DNA of 45,078 nucleotides. It comes from a virus (lineage: Duplodnaviria; Caudoviricetes). The notes beneath the pieces are model-generated. The model had not been told where the DNA came from, ran no database searches, and saw nothing but the letters and a program-made list of their open reading frames with translations. The stretch spans positions 1 to 45,078 of the IMG/VR virus record IMGVR_UViG_3300020045_007310. One strand, 5' to 3'. Shown here piece after piece: positions 27,585 through 36,547 of the stretch. The position numbers and the translations under genes are program-made. Numbering within the stretch: position 1 is the stretch's first letter; every line of letters starts with the position of its first letter.

Positions 27585-28847
27585 TTACGGTGTAACTGTA
27601 ATATCAGTTAATGCTTGTGCAATATCTGTACATTTCATAAACGCATCACGGTTAATGATTGATACGTGGAACTGTACTCTTTCAACCGCTTTAACTGTAA
27701 CAGTTTCAGTTTCAAAGTTAGTATCGTTTTCGTAACTCATTTCAACGGTCATTGCTTTTCTATCTAAGATTTCGCCTTTAGTAGAATCAAGTACGTACAA
27801 AGTGTTTGGCGCAACAAGTGGCGAGGTTACAATTCGCATACCATTCAATACACCGCCATTTGTAAGAACAAAGTTTGGTAATAAATAGTCGTTTTGTAAA
27901 TTCTTTTGGTGCATGAAACGTACTTTGTCGTTGTAGTTCATAAGGATTGTATCTGGCATCCATGCGTTTTCTTGACCGAAAGTTACAATCTGTGCGCTCA
28001 TCGATGCTGTTAATTCAGCGAGCGTAGGTGATTGAAAACCGTTTGCGCCATCGAAAGGAGCTAAAACGTTAGTTGGGTCAAACTCTGAAGCGATTGTGTC
28101 GATTGATAAAATATCAGTTGCTCCCGTTCCAGTACCAGCTAAGATTTCGCTTTCTTCTTTAGATTTCAAAGATTGCTCAACCAATTGTTTGATTTCAGCA
28201 CCTACGAAATCGTAGTCATCCATCATATCGATACAAATATCAACAAAATCACGAATTTTTGTAATTTGCACCGTTCTTTCAATCCAAGTTTTTTTCGTGT
28301 TGTGTGTTGAAGTAGCACAAGCAACAACAACTTTTGCATCACGTGTAACCGTGTCTTCCTCACGATACTTAACGTACTCTTTGTTAACTGGTGTTCTACG
28401 GAACAAATCAGTAACAGAAAATCGTCTAAACGGTTTAAAACCAGTACCAGCTAAGTGCAAAGCGTAGTTATCACGGTCTGCAATATCTGACGCTCCTTGT
28501 GTAGCTTTTACTGTGATTTCTAATTTACCGCTTTTTTGTTTTAAGAAGTCTTTAATTGCTTGGTCGTTGTCTTTTAACGCTTTTGCAACCGCATCTTTTA
28601 CATCTGTGTTTTTTTCTGTTTGGTCTGCTAACTGCTGTGCAATTTCAGTTCCTAAGAATGTTTTCAATTCTTCTTTAGCGTCGGTAATTGCTTTTGTCAA
28701 TTCCTCTTTGCTAGATACATTCTCAAATTTAGCTTCAATAGAACCTAAATATTCGTTTTGTAAGTCGGCTTGCTTTTCTGTTTCTAGTTCTTTAAAAGAA
28801 GCAGAAGTGTAGCCTTTGGTTTTTAAAAATTCCTCAAATGGATTCAT
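27585..28847 (-). CDS. Major capsid protein (HK97 fold, N-terminal delta-like domain)
   Basis: Coiled-coil N-terminus; EESEILAGTG, PDTILMN, LNGMRIVTS, VKAVER. Confidence 0.9.
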   Translation of the reverse strand: MNPFEEFLKTKGYTSASFKELETEKQADLQNEYLGSIEAKFENVSSKEELTKAITDAKEELKTFLGTEIAQQLADQTEKNTDVKDAVAKALKDNDQAIKDFLKQKSGKLEITVKATQGASDIADRDNYALHLAGTGFKPFRRFSVTDLFRRTPVNKEYVKYREEDTVTRDAKVVVACATSTHNTKKTWIERTVQITKIRDFVDICIDMMDDYDFVGAEIKQLVEQSLKSKEESEILAGTGTGATDILSIDTIASEFDPTNVLAPFDGANGFQSPTLAELTASMSAQIVTFGQENAWMPDTILMNYNDKVRFMHQKNLQNDYLLPNFVLTNGGVLNGMRIVTSPLVAPNTLYVLDSTKGEILDRKAMTVEMSYENDTNFETETVTVKAVERVQFHVSIINRDAFMKCTDIAQALTDITVTP

Positions 28848-28859
28848 TTCTTTTTTGTT

Positions 28860-29717
28860 TTAAATTTTAATAAATACGTTTTGTTTCTTTTGGATATTTG
28901 CATCCGTTTGAGTGTCTTGCGACTGCTCTTTTGTTTCAGAAGTGTCATCGACTGCTTCTTCTTTATTTTCGTTGTTTATCATTCCAGTAGAACTATTCGA
29001 ACCGAACAACACTAAACTTGATTCATAAACGTTTTTAGCCTCTTTAACTACCCAAAAATACTCGATGCTTTCAAAGTCATCTTTATTAGCGATTAATGGA
29101 TAATATTCATCGTATGTGGCTTTTTGTTTTGAAAACTCTGTATTTGTAGAGTTATATGCTGGTTCTATTTTAACGTACTGCATACGCACTGAAGCTTCCA
29201 ATTCGTGTCCGTCTTCGAGCCACTCTTTAGCCTCTTTATTTACAATTTTGTTTTTAGCTACTTTGTAAATTAAGCAATATGTTTCACCATCGTAAGATTT
29301 TCCAAGTAATGAAAACGGAATTTTTGCCGTAATCATTTCGATATCTTTACGCATTGCGATTATATCGCCTCGCTTCAAAGAGTGGTCAAACACTAAATAA
29401 ACTTTCCCTTGCAAAGATTTCACTGTTTGATTCCAGTTGCCGTCAACGTGCATATCATCATGGCTATCCAATATATTAGCAGAATTAACCACAAAATAAT
29501 AATAGTCATTGTCGAATTTTAAACCTTTATTCGATTCCGATTCAATGGCTTTTTGAATATCATTTTGACTTGTAACGATTTGCAATCCTTTTTCTACTGA
29601 CTTGTAAACTTCGGCTTTCTTAGCGTCGATAATAAGTTCTTGACTTTGTGCCAACTCCTTAAACATTGATTCCTTATCGTCAAACGATTTCTTTAATTCT
29701 TTGCAATATATTTTCAT
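28860..29717 (-). CDS. Prohead maturation protease
   Basis: DSHDD...FDH...EASVRM...ESSLVLFGSN (HK97-like protease motifs); upstream of the MCP. Confidence 0.8.
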   Translation of the reverse strand: MKIYCKELKKSFDDKESMFKELAQSQELIIDAKKAEVYKSVEKGLQIVTSQNDIQKAIESESNKGLKFDNDYYYFVVNSANILDSHDDMHVDGNWNQTVKSLQGKVYLVFDHSLKRGDIIAMRKDIEMITAKIPFSLLGKSYDGETYCLIYKVAKNKIVNKEAKEWLEDGHELEASVRMQYVKIEPAYNSTNTEFSKQKATYDEYYPLIANKDDFESIEYFWVVKEAKNVYESSLVLFGSNSSTGMINNENKEEAVDDTSETKEQSQDTQTDANIQKKQNVFIKI

Positions 29718-29830
29718 TTCTTAACCGTTTTATTATCAGTTAATATTCTCTTTTTTTCTTCCAATTGCTTTTTAAAAGCTGGCGAAATATTCGGGTCTTT
29801 TAATAATTTGTCAATCTCTTTAGCTTCCAT
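29714..29830 (-). CDS. 38-aa hypothetical protein (MEAKEIDKLLKDPNISPAFKK...)
   Basis: Hand-translated; bridges portal and protease with overlaps. Confidence 0.6.
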   Translation of the reverse strand: MEAKEIDKLLKDPNISPAFKKQLEEKKRILTDNKTVKK

Positions 29831-31019
29831 ATATCTCTTTCAATTTAGATTGTTTTAATTTTTCGTCAAGTCCTAATTCAACCGCTATTTTTAACGTTTC
29901 TATTTCAACTTTTTTATTGTTGATTTTATCTGCTTCAAATACCGCATTAAACGGCAAATGTTTGAAACTACCTCTTAAATCTTCTTTTTCAAACAACACC
30001 TCGTATAAATCGGTATGTTGAACAACTTTAGGCATCAATGTATAATCAACAAAAGAACCGACGCTTTTCTCTTTATTCTCGAACGTACTGCCTTTAGCAA
30101 CAACATCTAAAACATCTTTAGACAACCCATACATATTACCAATTATGGTTAAATCAGCAATATAAGCTTCGTCCAGCTTTAAGTCTTTTAAGTTGCTTAC
30201 TAACTGTTTAATATCTACTTTAGACTTAGTGGCAAATACTTTTAATTTAGAAAGTAATTTATCCTGTATGCTTTTTTGTTCATCTTCGCCCATCGGTCTA
30301 GTATCGGTACTTCCGTTATACTGACCATTTGCAAAGAATTTACCGCTAAAATCTAAGTTAATCCCTTTCGACTGTAACGCTAATTCTGAATTTTTAACCA
30401 CTTGATATAAAGAATCTAATCGACTATTCCCTTTAAACCAGTTTCCACTTATACCACCGCTTAAATCGTTTAATACGTAAACGTTTTTTAATTCTAATGT
30501 GGAATTTTCACCGTTCGCATTTCTGTACTTAAAAGAACCTTTTAAAATATTACGCCTTGAATTTTCACCATATTTGGAAAACGTTAACTGCTGTAACTTT
30601 TTATTTTGGTTTGAAGTTAATTCAATTCCAAACGGATTAAGACAATAAACAACATCGTTTTGTTTGTATATGTATGCATTTCCTAAACTTCTCCAAAATG
30701 AAACATCCCAATGTAAGTCAGTCCATGTTTGCCAATCATTAGGTGTTTTCTGAACGCTGTATAAAAAGTCTTTTAAAACTAATTTATCACCTTTCCATTC
30801 GTCAATTTTTACTTGGCTATAAGTGTCTGCAATAAATGTAAGAACTTTTAAACAAGCTGGGTTTGATAAAACCGTTTCTAGTTTTTGTTGCTCATCTTTA
30901 AAGTTTCCTTTAGTGAATAAATCTAGTATTGAATGAAAATAATTAATTCGTTGCGTACCGCTATCGATTTCAATTGGTGCGTATTGTCTGCCTAAACTAA
31001 AATTGAAATTCCATGCCAT
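29820..31019 (-). CDS. Portal protein
   Basis: TPNDWQTW...LGNAYIY...GNSRLDSL...STFENKE motifs of HK97-family portals. Confidence 0.9.
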   Translation of the reverse strand: MAWNFNFSLGRQYAPIEIDSGTQRINYFHSILDLFTKGNFKDEQQKLETVLSNPACLKVLTFIADTYSQVKIDEWKGDKLVLKDFLYSVQKTPNDWQTWTDLHWDVSFWRSLGNAYIYKQNDVVYCLNPFGIELTSNQNKKLQQLTFSKYGENSRRNILKGSFKYRNANGENSTLELKNVYVLNDLSGGISGNWFKGNSRLDSLYQVVKNSELALQSKGINLDFSGKFFANGQYNGSTDTRPMGEDEQKSIQDKLLSKLKVFATKSKVDIKQLVSNLKDLKLDEAYIADLTIIGNMYGLSKDVLDVVAKGSTFENKEKSVGSFVDYTLMPKVVQHTDLYEVLFEKEDLRGSFKHLPFNAVFEADKINNKKVEIETLKIAVELGLDEKLKQSKLKEIYGS

Positions 31020-31027
31020 AATACAAC

Positions 31028-31135
31028 AAAAAAGCCTTAACCGATAATAATATCAGTTAAGACTTCTAGCTTAAATTTATTAACTCCAACCATGAGATAA
31101 GTACTATGCATCTTCACATAGTTGGAGCAAATATA
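31028..31135 (-). ncRNA. Structured late-operon leader with attenuator
   Basis: -7 TATATTTG (31128-31135); CUCCAAC..GUUGGAG stem (31084-31127); 15-bp terminator hairpin (31032-31065) with U-tract just before the portal ATG. Confidence 0.7.
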
Positions 31136-31174
31136 TAAAATTATAATTATAGTACGTTGTTTTATTTTATTTTT

Positions 31175-31182
31175 TATCTTTG
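31175..31182 (+). promoter_or_regulatory. Rightward promoter -7 element TATCTTTG
   Basis: Consensus TAnnTTTG ~35 bp upstream of 31217; TTG at 31157-31159. Confidence 0.7.
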
Positions 31183-31216
31183 GGGCAATTATTAATAATT
31201 TAAAACAATTAACAAA

Positions 31217-31624
31217 ATGAAAAAAATCTTATTTATTGCGGTTATGTTTATCGCCTTAGGAGCTAATGCTCAAATCTATTCTTTAAAGTCGACTACTACC
31301 AGTAAAGTAAAAGACACAGTTACCAACACTGCCACCAGAATCCAAATGCTACAAATCAAAGGCGACAACTCTGTTTTGACTGTTCAGCCAACTTTTACAA
31401 AAATTTCTGGTACTGCTGGAGGGACTGCTACCTTGCAAGGCTCGGTCGATGGTGTAGGTTATTCTAACATCGGTTCAGCTTATACTGTAACTGATACGGC
31501 AACACAAACAACAATGTGGAGCGTTAACCCGTCGATTTATCAATACTACCAGTTAAAGTATGTAGGTACTGGAACGATGGCGGTTTCATTTGTAACGACT
31601 GTATTGGCTCGCCCGACTAAGTAA
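31217..31624 (+). CDS. Secreted beta-rich protein with Sec signal peptide (moron)
   Basis: MKKILFIAVMFIALGANA|Q (Bacteroidota Q-rule cleavage); own promoter and terminator; the only credible plus-strand gene. Confidence 0.85.
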   Translation: MKKILFIAVMFIALGANAQIYSLKSTTTSKVKDTVTNTATRIQMLQIKGDNSVLTVQPTFTKISGTAGGTATLQGSVDGVGYSNIGSAYTVTDTATQTTMWSVNPSIYQYYQLKYVGTGTMAVSFVTTVLARPTK

Positions 31625-31643
31625 ATAATAGATTAAGTTTTAT

Positions 31644-31675
31644 AAAAAGCCTTGCAGAGATGTAAGGCTTTTTTT
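31644..31675. terminator. Bidirectional intrinsic terminator between the moron and terL
   Basis: AAAAAGCCTTGCA-gaga-TGTAAGGCTTTTTT. Confidence 0.85.
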
Positions 31676-32948
31676 ATTTCTTTATAACTCCTTGCATATA
31701 CAAATCTTGTACTAAGTATTCAATTGCATTAATTAAGTGATCGTTTCCATCAATCGGTTCTTCTAAAGTACGCCCAAATTTATCCTTAGCATAACAGTAA
31801 TTAAACTGCTCAAATTTAATATTCTCGCTGTTGTTGGTGTAAAACACATTTAAGTTTGATATTTTATCAATTCTATCAATATTTTTCCACTTACTGCCTA
31901 TACCAGCGAAACTTTCCCATCCAGCGTTTTGAACTGCTGATATTTTACTTTTGTAATTGTTGTCGCAAATACCAGTTAGTTTTTTATCAATCCCAAGTTT
32001 GTTGAAAATATATGTTACCAAACTTTCATTATCGCTTTGGTTAATCAATTTATTTTCTTCGCCAGTCAACGAAATTCTAACTTCATCCTCGCTTTTATAA
32101 TGCCTTTCATGTACGTAAAGATTTCCGTCGAAATATTTTGCCTCTACTATTGCAAAAGGGTCTACCTTTCCCCAATCAACACCGTAATAAACTTTGCTTT
32201 CAATTTTTAAGTATTGCAAATAATCAATTTCTTGCCAGTAGTAAATACGCCCCTCTACGCTTCCAATTTCGCCCTCACCATATACTCGCCACTTATTAGC
32301 GTAAAACTCGTTAATAACTACTCTTTTGCCGTTATCCATGATAAAATCACCGTTCTCATCAAGTAAGTAACCTTTGCTTTTGTAACTAAGTATGTTTCTT
32401 ACTTCCTCTTTTGATAATTTTTCATTGCCTCTGAAGTCTAATTGAATGAAATTTTTATCGTTAATTAGGTCGTGAATGTAAAAACGTTTGTCGGCATTGA
32501 AGTCGACTAAAACTTTTTTCGCTCTTTGGGATATATCAAAGTATTTTTGATGTGTTACTTTGTTGCACTCGTTTATGTAGATTAAATCCCGTCTACGACC
32601 TTTTCCAATATCATCTTTATCCAATCCTATAAACTCTATAAATCCAGTTCCACGAGGCGAAGTAAGTTTAGTTTTAACATCGTTCCATTTAAACTCTTGC
32701 CAAATATTCCAATCAAGGCATATTTTTTTTAAGTCGTTGAAAGCCGTGTCCATTAACTTAGTTTTCTCACTAGAGCAAATGGTAATTTCTTTATTTGGAT
32801 TGTTTCTAAACCAATCAATTATAAGCATTAAGTCGGAAACTGTTTTAGACGCTCCTTGACTGCCTTGTTGAATTATAAGCGGTTCGTCTTTACATAAAGC
32901 AAAGTGTTGATTTATTTTGTAGGTATTGGTTACTGGTGTATAAATCAT
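31674..32948 (-). CDS. terL: Terminase large subunit (PBSX-like)
   Basis: Walker A QGSQGASKT; Walker B IYINE; nuclease GVDWG...DHLINAIEY. Confidence 0.92.
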   Translation of the reverse strand: MIYTPVTNTYKINQHFALCKDEPLIIQQGSQGASKTVSDLMLIIDWFRNNPNKEITICSSEKTKLMDTAFNDLKKICLDWNIWQEFKWNDVKTKLTSPRGTGFIEFIGLDKDDIGKGRRRDLIYINECNKVTHQKYFDISQRAKKVLVDFNADKRFYIHDLINDKNFIQLDFRGNEKLSKEEVRNILSYKSKGYLLDENGDFIMDNGKRVVINEFYANKWRVYGEGEIGSVEGRIYYWQEIDYLQYLKIESKVYYGVDWGKVDPFAIVEAKYFDGNLYVHERHYKSEDEVRISLTGEENKLINQSDNESLVTYIFNKLGIDKKLTGICDNNYKSKISAVQNAGWESFAGIGSKWKNIDRIDKISNLNVFYTNNSENIKFEQFNYCYAKDKFGRTLEEPIDGNDHLINAIEYLVQDLYMQGVIKK

Positions 32949-33385
32949 TCCTCATCTAGTCCGTTTACTGAAAATATTGGAGTTGTGATTTTGCCTCCAC
33001 CAGAGGTAACATCAACTTTATCGCCAAAACGTTTAGAGTCTAATTTTCCAAGATACCATTTTCGAGCATCAACTCTTAATCTTGACCTTGCAATAAATTC
33101 TGTATTTTGACCTATTCCGTTTTCGGTTATTATTTCATCCCTTGAACTATCATCAGCAATTTCGAGTATTTCGTCAAAGATTTTATCGGCTCTTTCCTCG
33201 CGCGCACGTGTGTATTTGTCTAAAAGGTCTTTATCTTCATTAAGCCAATTCATCCAAGTAGCATAACATGGAACTTCATCCCTACTTCTTGAATCGATTA
33301 TTTTCTTTAAAGAATCACCGCTACTGATTTGGTCTAGTATTAATTCAATAGCTTTATCTTTATTTTCATCATTCCAAGCCATCAC
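32945..33385 (-). CDS. terS: Terminase small subunit
   Basis: YTRAREERAD..DEILEIAD...RSRLRVDARKW..KL..KRFGDK (Sf6-like). Confidence 0.9.
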   Translation of the reverse strand: MMAWNDENKDKAIELILDQISSGDSLKKIIDSRSRDEVPCYATWMNWLNEDKDLLDKYTRAREERADKIFDEILEIADDSSRDEIITENGIGQNTEFIARSRLRVDARKWYLGKLDSKRFGDKVDVTSGGGKITTPIFSVNGLDEE

Positions 33386-33407
33386 ATAAATCTTTTTAAA
33401 TGAAAAA

Positions 33408-33415
33408 CAAAGGTA
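33408..33415 (-). promoter_or_regulatory. Promoter -7 element TACCTTTG for terS-terL
   Basis: Consensus TAnnTTTG just upstream of terS. Confidence 0.6.
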
Positions 33416-33464
33416 GGGAAAATAATTAAACCCCCAACAAATAAATGCTAGGGGTTGTGGGTTG

Positions 33465-33713
33465 TTATAGTTCGGATAGTTCTTTGTTTAGTTCAATTAA
33501 TTTCATTTCGTATTCGCATAAAATTAATTTCCCAATAACTCGAAACAATGTATCTGGAACTTCAATATCTTCATCTATGCCGTTTACTTTCAAATAAGTT
33601 TGGCGAATAGCTACGTTTTCATGTTGTGTATATTCGGCTGACTTAATATTTAATTTGCACTTTTCTATTTGTTCAGAAATCTTGTTTGCTTGCTCTAATT
33701 GTTCAGTTGTCAT
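33465..33713 (-). CDS. Hypothetical protein
   Basis: ORF track. Confidence 0.75.
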   Translation of the reverse strand: MTTEQLEQANKISEQIEKCKLNIKSAEYTQHENVAIRQTYLKVNGIDEDIEVPDTLFRVIGKLILCEYEMKLIELNKELSEL

Positions 33714-33723
33714 ATCGTTTAAA

Positions 33724-34671
33724 TTAATCCGTTACATTTACATACTCGCCTTTATTGTTTAGCCGTTTCTCCGCTTCGGCTCTTGTGATTGTTTCGGGGT
33801 TTAGAATGGTTGCGAATTTGCCGTTTCGGAATACTAAAGCGCTTAATTTTCCGCAATCTATCCATAAGCTTCCGCCGTATGTAAATTTTAATTCTTCAAT
33901 AGTTTTAATTTGTTTTGCAAACAAACACTCAACTTTCGCCCCAACTTTACCGCCCAATCGAATAAACTCATTCTTCAAATATTGCTCGACTGTTTCGGGG
34001 GAGGCTTCAAACGCACCGTTAGAAGTTGCAAAAGAGTAATGGTCATCAAAACGCTTTTGACTATTAAAACCATAAGTTTTATTTCCATTATTCCATACGT
34101 ACAACCCGCCGATATAATGATACCACTTCCCCACTTCTAACTTAACCTTATCCCTATCCTCCTTAACTAATCGACAAATCTCATCGACTGTTACTTTTGA
34201 TAGCGTTGTAGTTGTTTCGGTGTCTGTTACGGTTACTGTTCCGTTTTCTTGTAATGTTACTTTCATGTTTTCGTTGTTAATTTCTGATTTATAAATAAAA
34301 AATAATCTGTCAATGCCTAAAGCTCCAATGTGATTTTTAAAATATTTTTGTCTTAACTCTTGGGTTTTTGAACCGTGAAGCATATACCACCAATTTTTTA
34401 TAAAATCTAAGTCTATCTTATCATCACACATCCCTTGCTCTTTTGCTAGGCGTTCGATGGTGGAGAGTTTGAAAAGTAAATAATTATTGCCTATGTAGTC
34501 TGGAACATCACATTTTAAATATTCATCATTATACATCCCGTAAGATATTAATTCTCCATTACCGTATCTGTATTGCGTATTTGACGTAGTAAAAACTGAC
34601 GAAGAAGTTGAGAATTGCGTATTTTTCGGAATAACTGGTAATTTTGTGCCTTTTTTAGTGAAGTATTTCAT
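33724..34671 (-). CDS. Hypothetical mosaic protein
   Basis: 315-aa ORF. Confidence 0.75.
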   Translation of the reverse strand: MKYFTKKGTKLPVIPKNTQFSTSSSVFTTSNTQYRYGNGELISYGMYNDEYLKCDVPDYIGNNYLLFKLSTIERLAKEQGMCDDKIDLDFIKNWWYMLHGSKTQELRQKYFKNHIGALGIDRLFFIYKSEINNENMKVTLQENGTVTVTDTETTTTLSKVTVDEICRLVKEDRDKVKLEVGKWYHYIGGLYVWNNGNKTYGFNSQKRFDDHYSFATSNGAFEASPETVEQYLKNEFIRLGGKVGAKVECLFAKQIKTIEELKFTYGGSLWIDCGKLSALVFRNGKFATILNPETITRAEAEKRLNNKGEYVNVTD

Positions 34672-34687
34672 GGTGTTGTGGTTTCAT

Positions 34688-35488
34688 TTAGAATAGGGTT
34701 GGAGTTGATTCTGTAGTTGCTTTAATTACAGACTTGTTACTTATCAAAGTATTAAACCCATTGTTGATTGAGTCGTATTTTAAAATATATTCAGATTCAA
34801 TTCTTAGAACATCATTTTCTAAAACCCCGACTTCTAAAACTTCAAAACTCCAATCGCTTAATTTTGTTTTTCTTAGATATATTCCGAAAGGACTGCTAGA
34901 ATGTTGTAGGTGATTCCACCATCGAAAAAAAGGAGCGTTACGGGTTTTACCAATATAGCATTTACCCGTTGCTTTTTCAGTGCATTTATAAATATAATTT
35001 AAGCTCTCTGCTTTGATATAATATTGGTCATCGGGTAATTCTACACCATCATTTTGATTATTAAAATATTGGCTTAGGCAATAATCATTGTCGCTACGGC
35101 AAAACTTTATTTCAGTTCCAAACATTCTATCGTTTGTTTTAGGTCTTGATACATATTCATTTTCATGCACTTGACCACAACTAGCACAAACCCAATTGCC
35201 TTTATTTATCAACTCTATTTCATAGTTATATAATGGAAAAATAACAACATAAAAAAACTGCGCTTGGTCTTTAGTTTCTTTTTCGTAAACTTTGCCGTTT
35301 TGAAAAAACTGCGGATATTTTTCAAGCAATATAGATTTTACTTCTGCTTTATCTTTTGCTATAATTAAAGGCTCACGAACGACTTCTACCGTATCAAATC
35401 TATTTATATAACTATCTTGCTCATTTCCAATTATAGATTTTACAACTCGAATAAATGCTTTAAAATATAGTTTATTATTATTTTCCAT
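34688..35488 (-). CDS. GIY-YIG nuclease-domain protein with Zn-finger
   Basis: YIYKCTEKATGKCYIGKT...RW..H...E..YI..YDSINNGFN; central CASC...FC...C. Confidence 0.85.
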   Translation of the reverse strand: MENNNKLYFKAFIRVVKSIIGNEQDSYINRFDTVEVVREPLIIAKDKAEVKSILLEKYPQFFQNGKVYEKETKDQAQFFYVVIFPLYNYEIELINKGNWVCASCGQVHENEYVSRPKTNDRMFGTEIKFCRSDNDYCLSQYFNNQNDGVELPDDQYYIKAESLNYIYKCTEKATGKCYIGKTRNAPFFRWWNHLQHSSSPFGIYLRKTKLSDWSFEVLEVGVLENDVLRIESEYILKYDSINNGFNTLISNKSVIKATTESTPTLF

Positions 35489-35499
35489 TTTATTGTTTT

Positions 35500-35760
35500 T
35501 TATTTAGTGTGCAAATTTATTTTCCCTATGTATTCGTCATCATACCCATACTCAAACCCGAACAACTCATTTGTGTCGGTGTATATGAATATATATTGCC
35601 AGTGCCAGCACCATCCACGCCCGTCTTTCCATTTTGCTGGTAGTTGACTATTCTTTTTAATTGCTGATAGTCTGTATAGTCTGTTATGATTGCTACTGTC
35701 TAAATCGCCTTTAAAAATATAAATCTGTTTAGGTGTTGTTATTTTTGTTTCGTTTGCCAT
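35500..35760 (-). CDS. Hypothetical protein
   Basis: ORF track. Confidence 0.7.
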   Translation of the reverse strand: MANETKITTPKQIYIFKGDLDSSNHNRLYRLSAIKKNSQLPAKWKDGRGWCWHWQYIFIYTDTNELFGFEYGYDDEYIGKINLHTK

Positions 35761-35762
35761 GA

Positions 35763-36308
35763 TTATCGGTTTTTATACTTATTCACACATTCAGTAATAG
35801 TATTGTTAAGTGCTTTGTAAACCGCTGTTTTATCCCAAACACCAAGAATGTATTTTTGTAAAGTATTGGAATGTTTTTTAATTAATTCTTGTTGTTCTTT
35901 TTCTTTTGCTTGCGTAAATCCTAAGCTTTCAATATGGTCGGTTACGATTCCGATTGATTCCGAATACTTATTCAGTTCTAGTCGATTCAGTTCTGAATGT
36001 ATTGTATCGTAATGATGTTCAATTGGTTTTAATAATTCTTGTTGCAGTTTTGCTGAAGCAAATTTAATATCCTTATAAAAATAAATTTCATGTTTAAGCG
36101 CGTAACTGAAAATTTTAGCAAAAAGATTATTGTGGTTAATGGTTTCTTTTTTTTGCTGTTCTGTCCATTTATTCAAAAAATCGACTGCGTCAATATCAGT
36201 TTGATTAATTATTATTTTGCTTTCGCCGATTTTTATTTGTGAATTTTTGAAACGCCAATTTAATCGATTAAGTGCTGTTTCAATGTTTAGTTGTTTTTGG
36301 TTGTTCAT
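35763..36308 (-). CDS. Hypothetical protein
   Basis: ORF track. Confidence 0.75.
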   Translation of the reverse strand: MNNQKQLNIETALNRLNWRFKNSQIKIGESKIIINQTDIDAVDFLNKWTEQQKKETINHNNLFAKIFSYALKHEIYFYKDIKFASAKLQQELLKPIEHHYDTIHSELNRLELNKYSESIGIVTDHIESLGFTQAKEKEQQELIKKHSNTLQKYILGVWDKTAVYKALNNTITECVNKYKNR

Positions 36309-36347
36309 GTGATGGAGTTTTAAGGTTGATTTATTTATTTTTTCATG

Positions 36348-36477
36348 TACTGGGTTACTACTTTTTAGACTAGGTTAAACCATCGGGTTAAAACCCCTAT
36401 ATATAAGGGGTTTTTAACCCAGTAACCTAGGTTAGTATTTTTGAAGTTTAACCTAGGTTAAAGTAATATTTTAACCC
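36348..36477. other. Putative replication origin (iteron/palindrome cluster)
   Basis: Repeated (G/A)GGTTA/TAACC(C/T); long inverted repeat 36385-36420; TAACCTAGGTTA twice; adjacent AT-rich tract; directly downstream of the helicase gene. Confidence 0.7.
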
Positions 36478-36547
36478 ACTTGTGTTATACATAGTACTAA
36501 CTGTTATTTTTATATATTTATTCATTATTTTTAATTTAAAACGTTAT

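Noticed and set aside
36352-36477. Telomere-like GGGTTA/TAACCC repeats
   Set aside because: Dispersed in inverted orientation inside the genome with no protelomerase gene; better explained as origin iterons
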